Shown here piece by piece: positions 29,185-46,762 of a DNA stretch of 64,000 nucleotides; position 1 is the stretch's first letter, and every line of letters starts with the position of its first letter. Both the position numbers and the translations under genes were made by a program. Below the pieces are notes generated by a model that had not been told where the DNA came from, ran no database searches, and was given only the letters and a program-made list of their open reading frames with translations. Source of the DNA: the human T2T-CHM13v2.0 reference genome, Homo sapiens; NCBI RefSeq assembly GCF_009914755.1, contig NC_060938.1; one strand, given 5' to 3'.

Positions 29185-29950
29185 TTCTACCAGTCCAACT
29201 CTTATGGTGGTGCAACTCAAACAATGTAGGCAAGATAGAAAGGTTATGATGAATGAGAAATAGTTTCTAGTTGTTCCATGTTGTAAAACATTTCATACAT
29301 TTTATTTAAAAATGGTGATTTGTTACTAAGCAGAAAATGCTCTGTAGGTACATTCTGAGAAAGAAATTTGAGAAAAAAAAATGACTAGCAAGGACAAGCA
29401 GATACCTCTTTCCAAAATAGCTTGTTACTTCATCTGTTCTCTTCTGGTTTGCAAAAGTTGTTACAACATATCCTGATAATGAGTGATTTTTGCCACTATA
29501 TGAAGATCAACGAGAATTTCTTGGTGAATGTAACTTTTATATATTTATATGCTTGCATTATATTCCTATCTCCTTCCCTACATTTTTAAGGAAATGTGAG
29601 TGCATTTCACAAAGGAATTAAGTAAAACACATTTATTATGTTTATAGTGCACAATGCTAGCTTTTATAGGTAAGCCCGATGTTTTAAACTGATGCAAAAT
29701 TATGACAAGCGATTTAATATTCAATTCTTTGGCATGATATATTATTTATAATAAAAAGATATTCAAAGTATATACATTTTTAAAGACTATTTATTTCTTA
29801 ACTTGACTTATTTCCTTTATTATATACTACATTTATATACTCAAATTTGTTCTTTGATTACCCAGCTCTTTTGGAAGGTACATATGTATACTGTCATTAA
29901 TCTGAACAGGTTAAGTCCTTGGAATTCCGGATAAAAGATCTCCTACTGTA
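29185..29950. mobile_element. Possible TcMar-Tigger fossil
   Basis: Ends in tccggataaaag...ctactgta, resembling a Tigger TIR plus TA; left end weak. Confidence 0.3.
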
Positions 29951-30162
29951 AGTAATCAGTGTTTCCACCCCTTTAGCCCTCCTCCAACCAGCCCTACCAG
30001 CATTATATTATTGAATGCAGACACTGTTTTTTATTCTATTAGCAGTGAATTTTACAACTTGTAATAATGTACGTATGCCTATATTTCTCAATTATCAATT
30101 TAAAAAATTAAAATTTCTATTAGTCCTTTGTTGAAGATGAGGAAATTTGCTCAGTTTACATC

Positions 30163-30463
<301 letters not shown>

Positions 30464-31328
30464 GCTTTATATATTTTTAGATTTTCTTTCTCTTTAGCCT
30501 TCTGTTTTTGTTAATAGCTATAGGACACTGAATCTATTATTATTTCTAAAATATTATTTAGCTTTGATTTGAAGGTTTTAAAGATTGACTTTATATTTGA
30601 TAATTACCTAGGTGTAATAAGCATCACTATTTAGACTTCATTCAGTGTGTTTACATTTATTTAGGACACATAAGGAGTCCTTAGGACAAAGCTTTTCCAT
30701 CTCCAAGTTAATTTTGAATTATTTTTTAATTGGGTAGATTATATCATCAAATAATTTTTTTAAGGAAGAAGTTATAGGTAGTATGTCTCTTGAATCTTTA
30801 CGTATTTGAGAATTTTGTTGTTATCTTTACATGTTGGACAACAACTTCTCTGGGCCCCATGATTTTCCACTTAAAATTCGTCAGTTATTGCTCCCCAGTC
30901 CTGTGGCCTCAAATGTTGCTATGGAGTGGTCTGAAGCCAGCCTGGTATTTCCCTTCTTTGATTTGTTTCATCTGTCTAGGTGTTAGGAGAATTCTTTTTC
31001 TATCCTTGAAGTTTAGTAATTTCAGCAGGAAATATGCCTTGGACTAATTATGATATATTAATTAATTTAATCTGAAAATTCCACTCTTCTGTGATATCAG
31101 AAACTTTCTCTCTGCTACATCTGAATATTTTTTTCCTTGACTTTAGGAAGAGCAATTATCTGTATTTTGTAACTAGGTTGGCTACCTTCCATATCTACTA
31201 ACTTCTTTGTAACTTCTTTTCAATTTTTCCCCTTTCCTCTTCATTCTGTGTGATTTTCTCATCTATCAACAAAATCACAAACTCAGTTTTCTGCAATTTT
31301 ACTTGATGTTTCTAAATCATTTATTATT

Positions 31329-31633
31329 ATTATTATATATTTTTTGAGACAGGGTCTCACTGTGTCACCTAGGTTGGGGTGCAGCGACAGGATTATGGCT
31401 CACTGCAGCCTCAACCTCCTGGGCTCAAGTGATCCTCCCACCTAAGCCTCCCGCGTAGCTGGGACTACAGGCATCCACCACCACACCAGGTTAATTTTTG
31501 TTTTAAGATTTTTCGTAGAGACCAGGTCCCACTATTTGCCCAGGCTGGCCTCAAACTCCTGGGCTCAAGCAATCCTCCCCCACTTAGGTCTCCTGAAGTG
31601 TTGGATTACAGGTGTGAGTCATCATGCCCAGCC
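31329..31633 (-). mobile_element. AluJ
   Basis: TSD taaatcatttattatt (31313-31328 / 31634-31649). Confidence 0.93.
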
Positions 31634-32312
31634 TAAATCATTTATTATTTCTGCAATGAAATTATTTTCTCCTTTACCTCTGCCCGCTTCCTTTAGATTT
31701 CATTATTTTCTTGTCTTTTTATGTTTGATATCATCTTTCATAGAGGCTGTGTTCTCTTTAATTATATTAAAGTGTCAGCCATTTGTTTTATCAAATTTTC
31801 TACTGATTCTCATTCTCTTTTGAATGTGCCTCTTCTTTACATGTATTTAGCCTTCCTTCCTTCCTTCCTTCCTAAATAATAATCATTGCATAGGTCACAT
31901 AACTTTTTTCTGTTTTTAACCCAGGAATGTTTTATATTCTGGCCTGTGATCTTCCCCTAAATTTCCTGGGTAGATTCTTTTCATTTTTCTTATTTACTTG
32001 GGCTTTATTAGGCTTTTCTCTTGTGAAATTAACTTGGGCATTGGGATGTATGTACTTTGGTGCTTTTTGTTCCTTCTTTTCCAACTGCCTCTAGGGAGTG
32101 ATGAGAAGGCACAGGACCTAAATAGCTGAAGTGGGAAAACCTTCTCTCTCACCCTCTCTTACACACATACATTCTGAGGATTTTTGTTGACAATCTGGTA
32201 TTACAGGTCAAGGCCTTTTTGCCACATTAGGGGAACATCCATTTCTGCTTTTAATCTGCACTTGCACTTTGCTCCCCACTACAGGGTGAACCAGGCTGTC
32301 ACTTTTGAATGA

Positions 32313-32867
<555 letters not shown>

Positions 32868-32924
32868 TGAGGCCAAGCAGTTTCATCCCTTGAAGGGGAA
32901 GATGTTCCTTTTCACCTTGTTTCC

Positions 32925-33287
32925 TACTGTAGACTGAATGTTTGTGCCCTCCCCAAATTCATATGTTGAAACCTAATCTCCAGGGTGACGGCATTTGGAG
33001 ACGGAGCCTTAAGGAAGTGATTAGGTCATGAGGGGGGAGCACTCATGAATGGGATTAATGCCCTTATGAAAGAGACACAGAGAGCTCCCTGTGCCTTTGG
33101 CCAAGTGGGGACACAGCAAAAAGACAGCTGTCTGTGAACCAAACAGCAGACCCTCATCAGACATCAAATCAGCAGGCTCCTGGATCTTGGACTTCCCACC
33201 TCCAGAACTGTGAGAAATACATTTCTGTTGTTTATAAGGCATCCAGTTTCTGGTATTTTGTTAGAGCAGCCTGAAAGGACTAGAACA
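32925..33287 (+). mobile_element. MaLR solo LTR, MLT1A0-like
   Basis: gactgaatgtttgtgccctccccaaattcatatgttgaa...cctccagaactgtgagaaatacatttctgttgttta...aca; 5-bp TSD tttcc/tttct. Confidence 0.85.
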
Positions 33288-34243
33288 TTTCTCTGCATTA
33301 AGACTTCTTAGATGGCAAATCACCGTTTAGCACGTTTGTTGTTTCGCATTATAAGCATCCAGCTTTATTTTTAAAACTGTATGACCAGTGCTACTGTAGT
33401 GTGATTTGGGCACACTAGTACCCACTGTGCACTGTGTCTGGAATCAGCTTGACTCTCATGACCCAAGCCCTGGGGTTGAGAGTGGTCCTCGGCCCCCGCT
33501 AACTCCTCTCACCTGGTGAGCTTCCTCAGGTGCACCTCTGTTCTTGCAACGTGGCCTCAGTCGTAGCCACTTGGTTTATCAGATCTATCATACTACCTTT
33601 GAACCTCTGATGGGGAGAAAAAGGTAAGACCGAATCCTATTCTTTTCCTCCCATGGGCTACTCTAACTCCACATGTATTTAGAGTAATCAGATTTCTTTG
33701 GTAGCATCCAGGACCAAAATGTGTACAAAAATATTGGAGGATGAGTAATATCCTCTATGCTCAAGTTCCTTGCATGTTTCCTACTTATACCTGGCACATC
33801 CGAAGTTGCACATTCCATTAGAATGTGGGATTAAAATGACCTTTGGTCCTGTACCCTCCTAGCCCTGTGGGCTTGAGCAGCCAGTGGTAGTGCCCACAAA
33901 ATGTGACTGTTACACAGCCAGCCCAGTGAGTGATATAACCCCTGAGCACCTTCTTCAAATAAGAGAGTGTTGGACCTACCAGTGCCCACATTTTACCTCC
34001 TTCTCTCCTTCCATGGGTTCATTCATGCAATAAAGCCAGACTCATTCATGTAATACAGAGAACATAAAATATTTGTTGAGCTCTACTCTACTACATTCCA
34101 GGCATTATTTGCAGTGATGGCAATATAATTGTGAACAAGAAATCAGTTCCTGCCCTCACAGAGCTTCCAGGTCAGAAGGTATTCTCAGCTGGAGAGATGG
34201 GCTCTGCCAAGCTAGACTTTACTTTCTTTTGGCTTGTATGTAA

Positions 34244-35590
<1,347 letters not shown>

Positions 35591-35879
35591 GGCAGTATCT
35601 CCTCAAACAGCAGGGACCTGCATTGTTGCTGTGTGAGTTCATCTTTGTTTTGCAGGCATAAATCACCAACCCCTTTAAAAAACAAATTAAAATGTATTTT
35701 CTAAAGTTAACTTATGTAAGAGAAAGTTCCAGAAATGCTGCCTGGTCCTGCAGGGCAAGTGAAGCATTAGCCTGTCTCTCTGAAGCTTTGTTTCAAAACT
35801 CCACAGGTCCATTTGCAACCTGTATTTTGAATGTGATTAGTTACATAATAACCCTTTACTTTTTCCCACACTATGGCAC

Positions 35880-36090
35880 CTTCCTTGGAAGAGCTTAAGG
35901 TGTTTTACAGCCATTATCTCATTAACCCTCACCGTGGGGAGTGTTGGGGGTGGCACAGCATATATTATTGTCTCTATTTTACAGAAGGGGACATTATGAT
36001 GGCATAAGAAGTTAAGTGTCTTGAGCAATAGTACAAAGGAAGTCAAGTGGAACTAAGAACAGAAACAAGTTTCACAAACAGGCTTTTGCT
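35880..36090 (-). mobile_element. MIR
   Basis: ccattatctcatta...ctattttacagaaggggac...gaagttaagtgtcttg. Confidence 0.6.
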
Positions 36091-36239
36091 GGCCTGGCAT
36101 AAATCTATCTGCTTCCCTCTATCAGAAAGAACGCAGTAGGCTTGGTGATGGTACTGAAGATTTGATCTTCGGTTAAAAAGAATGGGTTAAATATATGTTG
36201 GGAGGAAAGAGCAGATGAGTTAAGTTGAATCATCCAGGC

Positions 36240-36760
36240 TGATAGAAAGCTGCTTAATAAATGTCTTCAAACAATACACGCATGTACTTCATGCCTACTC
36301 CAGGCTGCAATGCTGCTAAGTGCTGTAGGAGAAATCTAGGAAGGCTCTCATTGGTACCAAGTAGGTACTAGATACAAATTTGTTGAAGGAAAGAAGGAAG
36401 GAAGTTGGGATATCTTTCTCATCTTCAAGGAGCTTATAACTGGGGAGGGAGAAAAACTACAAACTATTACAAAGGTAAGTATGTGCTGAACTAGGGAGTA
36501 TTCTCTGTTGATGCAATAGGAGCTCGAAGAAGGAAGAAACTACCGCTGCCTGGAGTGGTCATAGAAACCTTGCAAGGGATAGAACCTGAATTAGGGTTGG
36601 AGAAGTGGGGGATTCTGGAGAGGTGAAGAGGAGGACGGATACTATCTTTGGAAGTGCAAGGGCCTGACAAGGCTGGTGGAAGAGGCATACGTACGAAGGT
36701 GTGCAGCCACATGGCATGTTTTCTGAAAAAAGGAAGTGGATTTTGCAAGATTGGAAAGAG
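36240..36760 (-). mobile_element. L2 fragments
   Basis: tcttcaaggagcttataact...cttgcaagggatagaacctgaattagggttgg. Confidence 0.5.
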
Positions 36761-39172
36761 GGACTGTTTCTTTCAATAGGTATTGTGAAGTTTCTGCTAT
36801 TCACCAGAAGACAAAGGGTAAAGAATCAAGGCAAACTCCTAGATTATGAAGTTGAATGAATGCCACTGTCAAGAAAGAAAGCTTGTATTTTGGAGTGTTT
36901 CTAATTTTTGAGTGTGTAACAACTTCGGTACATTACTGTCAGTACATTTATTTTGAAACTTTATTGATGCCTTCATTTTCTCAGTGTCTGTTTCTTCCTT
37001 AAAGGTGAGATTGAGCACAAAATTGTTTTCTGCTGTTACTGAATTGGTAGTCTTTTTTTTTGTATTGTTTTACTCCGTTTTATTTAGTGAAACATTTGTT
37101 ATTATAATTATTATTTTTACTGTTATTCAATTCTAAATAAATGCATTATTGCATCCATTACCATCCTATCTCTGCTTCACATTTATCCCTTAATATGGCC
37201 AATATCTGGCAGAGATCTTTCCAGCAACTTTCTTCTTCTGACTTAGGTTGAACAATTAGACTTATATATTTTGAAAATAGCTATTATTGTATTTTGGCAT
37301 TTTCAGCCTCTTCAGGAATCAAAACTCTTACTTAGTCTCTTTTTCTCTTCCACAAAACAGGGAAGATGAAAAGCTTCAGAGACCAAAATCTCCTTTATTC
37401 CCAGATAATGTCAGCCTAAAACTAGAGGGAGATTGTCAAAATAAGAAAAAAAATTAACTCAACATCATAGGAAATGCACATCAACCCAAATAGGAGATTT
37501 CAGGTTATTACCAGATGATTTCAATTATTGGGGGGTCTGAAGAAGGCAGAAGGGAGTCTAGCTCCAGAGTTTGAAGGCACTTTGGACTCCAATGATTCTC
37601 AACAGAGAGGCTAAGTTGGAGGTATTAACAGGTGCCGGTGCAGAAAAATAGGATCTGTAGATTTGAAGACCAGTCTCAGATATGATTTGGGGGTGGTGCA
37701 CATGGGCAAGAAGCTTAGGTGTCTGTCTATATTTCAAGTATTCCAAGCATACAGCCATAGGGAGAAAAATATGTAGTAAAGAGATGGGCAGAATTTTTCT
37801 GAAGTTCATTCTCTCATTTATTACCTTTCCATCTAATGGACAGCCTTACTGAGAATGAGGTTCATATCAAATTCCTATTTCTCTTTTCTGTCTGTGAACG
37901 TTCCCAGTTTAATTCGAGTGTATGCATTATCAAACATCTGTTTTAATTACAGCTATTGTTAAGGTAGTTAATCAGTTGTCGTCTCTTGCCAACCAAAATC
38001 CTATATTGCTAAATTTCTGTACAATCAAAGATACAATAAATATAAAAGGAATTCTTGTATATCAGCGTGAAAAAAATGCATACAACTTCTTTGCTCACTG
38101 ATGCAACCAAAACACCCAGGAGTTATTATAATGTGCATTCCCTTGACACAGACTTTTATTTCATGCAAATGACTGTGATTAAGATTCAAATACTTTTTTT
38201 TCATTTTCACACATTACTTAATCAATGTGAAGTACTGTGTAAAAATTGCATCTCTTCATAACAGTGATTTTGACCAAGTCAAGTGTTGCTCCTAGAATTA
38301 TAATCCAGACTTGTGATTCAATTATCATTTAGAGACTTTCTAAATTCAAATTAAGTTCATTCTTTCCTCCTCCTCCCAACACTGTAAACTTTATATCAGT
38401 ATGGATCATTTGTAAGGTATGATCAGAATAACTTTCCATTGCAAGGAAATATACATTGTGATGTCTGATTTTTCCTTTACCTGCAAAAAGAGGCACAGCA
38501 ATCAATAGGAACTAGCCATTAAAATGTATGAAAATGCAGAAGGTACCATCTATTTTTCCATTTATGTTAACTTAGCTTTTAGGCTGAATAAAATTGACAC
38601 TCCCCAGAATACTTATCTATTTAAACCTACTTGGAACAGTTGCACAAACTCCATTTAAAGTTAAAAAGAACCCATGGAATACTTAAAGTTTGGCATCCTT
38701 GTTTGATAAATTAACTACAGGACATTCAAAAAGCACACTCTTATAGAATCAACAAGGAATGCATAAAATGAAGCAAGATTCCAGAGGCCAACTAAGCAAC
38801 TCTCATACAACTATAAAACACTGATCTATTTACAGTTTACTGCACCCAAGCCAGAGGCTGAATCTTGTTTTGTTATTGTCTGTGACTACCTCTTTTTTGC
38901 TCATCTTGCATTTCATCTTTATTTGAGGAAAAATTAGATTTTGCCAATGACTAGGAATTAGGCTTCAGAACTGGCAGGTTTTGGGTTCTCATAATATCAA
39001 CCTCACCCATTTATTAAAAATATGTACCATAGACTGAAGTTCTGTAGCCTCCAAGTTGAAAATAAAATCCAATTTTAAGTTGTTTTTCTTCTTTCAGCAT
39101 TCACCGAAAATTCCTCCTTTTGTGTCCAATTGCAATAAGCAGAAAAAAACACTCATCTTTTATTCTCCATGG

Positions 39173-39224
39173 TTCCTAGAACACATCTTTATGCCATATT
39201 CCTAGAACATATCTCTATGCCAGA
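39173..39224 (+). repeat. 26-bp tandem duplication (3 mismatches)
   Basis: ttcctagaacacatctttatgccata / ttcctagaacatatctctatgccaga. Confidence 0.85.
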
Positions 39225-39916
39225 GCTGAATTTGTTGAATTTGAATTATTTTTTTTTGAGAGAAGTAAAATTTGCATTTGATGGAGTTTGATGAATTCAA
39301 ACAGACAACGTTTGAATCTGAATATTCCTTTTCAGAAGTTTCTTCGACATGCTCATGGGATGTCCTGACTCTTCTACCATGAAAAGTTGAAGGGACATTC
39401 ACAATTAGTCCATTTGAAGGGTCCCAACTAGTAAGTACCCTGGCCAGTTGGAACCAAAGGTCTAGTCCTGAATTTACTGGAAGACTAGGAAATATCTGTG
39501 AGATTGAAGTTGTTCTGCAGGGGGAAGAATTGTGAACTGCTATAGATTCACCTGAGAAGCCAAGATAGCATTCCATAGGAGTAAAGGTAACCAACCATGT
39601 TGGGTCTTTTGAAACTAGAACTGGGTCGTCTGAAGTCAGTCTAGGCTGCTTACAGAAGACCAAATGGACAATTCCTATTTATTCTGGTCCCATTCAGGAG
39701 GTTCTGAGGATGTTTTAGGATAAAGCTTTGGAGAAAACAAGTGAGATTGTGTCAGAGACTACTGGTTGGGCCTCAATGTCCAGTCTTCCTCATCCCATTG
39801 CGATAGATTTTTGCTGTGCACTTGGCTGCTCAGAATAAAGGCCTCATTTCCCAGGTGCCCTGCAGCTAACAGTGGACCCATGACTAACTTTTGGCCAATG
39901 GAATTTAAGCAGAGCA

Positions 39917-40545
39917 GAGGTCCAGAATTCCATACCCCAAATTCTTGGGGCCAGATATGGTTTGGAATTCAGGTTTCTTTTGATTTTGAAGGTGATATGA
40001 TGCATATACGGCTTCTTATGGAATAACTCCATTGAAGTCTGGGGCAGCACCTCATAATTAACTGCAACAAATTATAACAGTATTCACCCTAAGTGGGATA
40101 AATGAAGACCATAAGGCCACTTGTAGTGGCTCACACATGTAATCCCAGTGCTTTGGGAGGCTGAGGCTGAAGAATCACTTGAGGCCAGGCAACAAGACCA
40201 GCCTCAGCAACATAGCGAGATTCCATCTCTACAAAAAAAATTTATAATTAACCAGATATGGTGTATGTGTCTGTAGTCCTAGCTGCTCAAGAGGCTGAAG
40301 AAGGAGGATCATTTGAGCCCAGGAATTCGAAGTTACAGTGAGCTATGAGTGTGCCACTCCACTCCAGCCTAGGAGACAGAGCAAGATCCTATCTCTAAAA
40401 AAAACAAACAAAAAAAGAAGACATACATAGTGTTACATAGTGTCATATTAATTCAGATTAGGTTTTGCCTTCAAATGAATTTTTGTTGAAAACTTGTGAA
40501 AATTTTTGTTTTCAGAGTTTTTTTTGGATTTTAGAATTATCTATC
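39917..40545 (-). mobile_element. MER46C-like TcMar-Tigger element, interrupted by AluJ
   Basis: cttggggccagatatggtttggaattcag...gtctggggcagcacc...taagtgggataaat...ttttcagagttttttttggattttagaatt. Confidence 0.6.
40115..40420 (+). mobile_element. AluJ
   Basis: Dimer; ttgagcccaggaattcgaagttacagtgagctatga. Confidence 0.9.
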
Positions 40546-40759
40546 ATTTGGCTGCTTCTAGAAAACTATAGAGACCACTGACAAATATCTTTTGCCCCTT
40601 CCATGTTGCTTCCTATATCCAGTCTCCTGGAATGTGATTTTCCTCAGATCATGAGGACTGTATTTATAAAGACAATATAAAACTATTCCTATTTGGTATT
40701 TTCCTCAAAGAGCTATTATTATATTTTAAAATGTGAATACTCTTATGTTATGTGGCATA

Positions 40760-40960
40760 ATTTATTATTGAACACACATTATGTGCAACATACCTTGCTA
40801 AGTATCTCATTTAATGTGATTATTAATTCCATTTTATGGATGAGAAAACTGAGTTATAGGAAGTTTAAGTATCTTGGCTAAAGCCCACAATCAATGAGTG
40901 GCAAAGCCAGGATTTGAAACTAAGAAGTCTCTTGCCAGGGCCGCATGTTTGTCCACAGTA
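40760..40960 (-). mobile_element. MIR
   Basis: ccattttatggatgagaaaactgag...gtggcaaagccaggatttgaaac. Confidence 0.75.
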
Positions 40961-41939
40961 CTATTTCTACCTTCTTTCCATGAGACCATAGTTACTATAT
41001 AAAAATATGAAGACTCATTATAGAAATCTGGGTAGAGTTGCCTGTTTCCCTGTGGTTCTGGAATCGCATTTTTTAGATGCTTTGTTGGGACATGGTGCTT
41101 TTTCTCCTGCCCCATTTTAGTTGCACAAGTTTGACTCGCTATTAACCAGCTTTCTAACCATGCCAATGGACAACCCCAAAGGAAGAGAGTGAAGCTAGAA
41201 TTCAGCTGTTCTCAATAATCACAGTAACGCTGAGAACCACAACTACATCGTTATATTAAAGCATCTTGTCACAGTGTCTTATAGCTATCACTATTTTATA
41301 GCCATACCTCCAGGACAAACTAAATGTGAATATAAATTTTAAAGAACCAGTTAATCTGGCCTCTGGGCCATACTTGCTGGGTCACACCTGTGTGTCATTT
41401 GAGGTGTCACACACTCAGTGACTGGTGACATTTTACTGTTAGCACCCACCCACCCAAAGAAGTCACAATCTAATAGCAAAACAATCCCAGCTCAAATCTG
41501 AAATGAATTTAGAAGTTATGAATGTGTTCACAAATAACTGTGATTATATTATTAGCATTTCTGGCACCATTACCTAGAAAATATGAAAATGAAAATGTAA
41601 CTAGTTAACAATAGGGAAGGGCAGTGCTGATGGAATTGGTTTTGAGTCCAGAGATGGATGTCAGACTAAGCCCTTTTCAGTTTCAGAGCTTTGGCCTCAA
41701 CTCATTAGAGTAGTTGGATCTCAAAAATTACTATGGGAAATATAACAAAATATTAACAATTGCTAAATCTCGATGACGAGCAAGTGGATATTCATTATAG
41801 TATTCTCCCTACTTTTATGTAAGATTGACAATTTCATAACAAAAAGTTAGAAAACAAAAAGCAAGGGAAAATCCATTCAAATGATAACTTTTAAAATTAG
41901 CATGCTAAAATGCATTATTTCAATGAAATTCTTCAGGCA

Positions 41940-42086
41940 TTTAGCCCTGTACTATTCAATACAGTAGCTGCTAGGCACATGTGGCTATTTAGATTTAAAT
42001 AAAAATGAATCAAAATTAAATAAAATTAAAAACTCAGTCCCTCAGTTGCATGAGCCACATTTCAATTACTCAGTAGTTACTGGCTA
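41940..42086 (+). mobile_element. MER33 (hAT-Charlie) fragment
   Basis: cacatgtggctatttagatttaaat...aaaattaaataaaattaaaaactcagtccctcagttgca. Confidence 0.75.
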
Positions 42087-42107
42087 TATATATTTTTTAA
42101 TGACTTA

Positions 42108-42236
42108 AAAAAATTGTGGTAAACTATGTGTAACATAAAATTCATCATTTTAACAATTTTTAAGTGTACAGCTTAGTGGCATTAAATATGTTCACATTGT
42201 TGTACAACCATCACCACCATCCAGCTCCAGAACTAT
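42108..42236 (-). mobile_element. L1MB 3' terminus
   Basis: aattgtggtaaa...ttttaagtgtaca...gtggcattaaatatgttcacattgttgtacaaccatcaccaccatc. Confidence 0.8.
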
Positions 42237-42649
42237 AAATATATATATATTCCATAAACTATTTTAAATATAAACTTTTAATCCATATTCTAATTTTAAC
42301 TATTTTTTAATTGCGGTAAATAGATTACAAGCATATTTAGAACCTGCTAAATTTAGTGCCGTTGTCTGTTTCCAAATTTCCTAACAGTATCAGGTTACTA
42401 CTTGCTTGTCATTATGTTGATTGCAAACTGATTAGGAAGTCACAGAAAACCAAGGCATGGGAAATGTAAAGGAGAAAAATTATAAATTGTGAAGCTTTAT
42501 AAATTAACTATTTTTTTTTCCTGGCAATGGGGAAGCGGGAGGAACTCCATTCTTGAACTGCAGCAATGAAATTAACCTCATTGCACTTGTGGACCCCCAA
42601 GGCTCTTGAACATAATTTGAGTTAAACGTCTCGACTGAAGTACAGGCTG

Positions 42650-42870
42650 ATTGAGTCAGCAAACATTCGTGGAGGGCCCACAGGTGCTGTGTCTGTGGTG
42701 GGACCATAATGGTGAACAAGACAGGCAAGACTCCTATTTTTATGGAGCTTCCTTTCTAGTGTGGGGAGACAGACAATAAACCAACCCACTCACAAGTAAA
42801 CCAAAAGGTTTATGGACAATGGCGATAAATGCTGCAAAGAATGTAAGATGAGGTGATATAATAGAGATCA
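42650..42870 (-). mobile_element. L2 3' end
   Basis: cagcaaacattcgtggagggcccac...ggtgaacaagacaggc...ggagcttcctttctagtg. Confidence 0.7.
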
Positions 42871-42884
42871 CCATGAATTTATAT

Positions 42885-43228
<344 letters not shown>

Positions 43229-44037
43229 TAAGCCATCTTCAGAAGCAAGTTCTAAATTAGTTGTAAATCACCTAAAAACAATAAAAAACGAAACTTGCCA
43301 CTACCTTTTGATATTCCTGCCTCCTGGCTGTGACTTACTAACTGGTTCTACTGAATTACTTACTCAATAAGCTTGCGTCCTACAAATTTGGTAAGTGTTC
43401 AAGTAACTCACACCTTATCTTGATGTTTAAGAGAAGCCACCTGTAGCTTTTGCAAAAGAAATTTATCCAGATTGGTGCTGTGTTGCAAATTGAACCCCAG
43501 GTTTTAAATGTATAAAGGAAAAAGTCTGGAAATAGGAAAGAAAAGCCACAGATATGTCAGACAGTTTTTGCATAATGTCTGTAATTGTCTCCTCAAGCTC
43601 CGTCAAGATTTGAAGCAATGCAGGCTAATATTTCCATAGACATTTTCTCCACTGCAAACAGACAGTGGGTGCTTCTCAAGTTTCACCTCTATTCTAGGGA
43701 CAAACACTTGCAGAGTGAGGAGCTGTGTGAACCTAGGAAGAAGGTAATATGAGTCAGCACAACTTTCCTCCTCTCAAGAAATACGCAAAGCATTTCCCAT
43801 ATTCCCATGGAGTTTACTATCTTACGCATTCTATATACCTAAGTCTGTTTCAGTTCAGGAGAAAATAAATGCATGACAAGAGTATTTGGTTTTTATTGGG
43901 TAAAAGTTGAAATTAGTAGAGCAAGCAATGATATAATTGTCCACATAATGGGAAATAAACAAGTTGGTCAGTGTTCAAGAGAGAAGTGCAAACTTTGCTT
44001 CAGGTCTTGTTTTGACGGTAACACCTTAATCATTTTC

Positions 44038-45385
<1,348 letters not shown>

Positions 45386-45700
45386 TGAATGCGCACTTCT
45401 GTCAGTGTTTCATCTTTAAGAACTATTTACAGCCTTGGAAATAGCCTGGGGCAAACCGCAATTTATATAAGGACAGGCACAGAATGTGGTTTTCAATTAC
45501 TCTACTATTTGGGTAACTCTTGAGCTGGGGTGATGCGAATTTGAGTGGATTTTAAATGGTAATGGTGACAGAATCATGGCCAATATTTATTTGTAAGGTT
45601 TCTTAATCAGTTATCATATTTCATTTGTATATATCCCTTAGATTTTGGAGAAATAAATTCCCAAACTCAATATCTTAGGTTTAGAATATTGACCACAATG

Positions 45701-46006
<306 letters not shown>

Positions 46007-46069
46007 GCATAATACAAGTCTCCTTCACTGAAATCCATAGGGATAGTTTTCAGCATGAATAACAGTAAC

Positions 46070-46240
46070 ACTAATAACACAAGCTAATATTGATTGTGTA
46101 CTTACTATGTGCCTAGTGCTGTGCTAAGATCTTGGCATATATTATCTCGCATAATTCTCATAACAACCTCCATGTTAGTAACGAGGAAATTAAGGGTTAC
46201 AGAAGTACAGCAGGCAGCAAAAGCATGAGCCAGCAACTCC
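46070..46240 (-). mobile_element. MIR
   Basis: cttactatgtgcctagtgctgtgctaag...taattctcataacaacc. Confidence 0.7.
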
Positions 46241-46762
46241 CTGTCATCTGCCCAATGGTGGCAATGAGGTGGGCGGCTTGGAAGACTTGAATTTACCATG
46301 ACCTCTATCAGAACTGCCTCCTCCAAGCCACCCAAATAGACGTTTTATCCAAGTGAGGACAGTTGCTAAGTAAATACATATGGCAATCCAGAAGACCATC
46401 CCAGGTAGAAATTCCAGAGCTGTCACTCTATCTACACATGACCGTCACTGCCAAATTCCTATTTACAGAATGCTCATGATGTCTGGAACACTAGATTAGA
46501 CAATGTACGGGATAAAAGGGAAGCAGGAGACCTGGAAGGAGCCCAAGGCAATATGGCTGCATGGAATAGCGGAACAAGATCAGTCCTGGGTGCCCGGTAG
46601 GACTGCCTTCTACTTTGGAGTCTTAGAAATTATTTCCTTGGTCCTAGACAAGTTACCTAGTTTCCCTGAGCCTGGGTTTATTAGATGTAAAATGAGAGGT
46701 TCAACTTAACAACATTTTAAGTCCCTTGTAGCTATAAAATGTGATGATTCCAGAGGTCCTTT

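Larger units (their letters stand above)
39747..40640 (+). mobile_element. LTR33-like ERVL LTR split by a DNA transposon and an Alu
   Basis: catttcccaggtgccctgcagctaacagtggacccatgactaacttttggccaatgg; resumes after ~40545. Confidence 0.6.

Noticed and set aside
39202-39663. 153-aa ORF on the - strand
   Set aside because: Non-ATG start, no recognisable domain or splice context; a length expected occasionally by chance.
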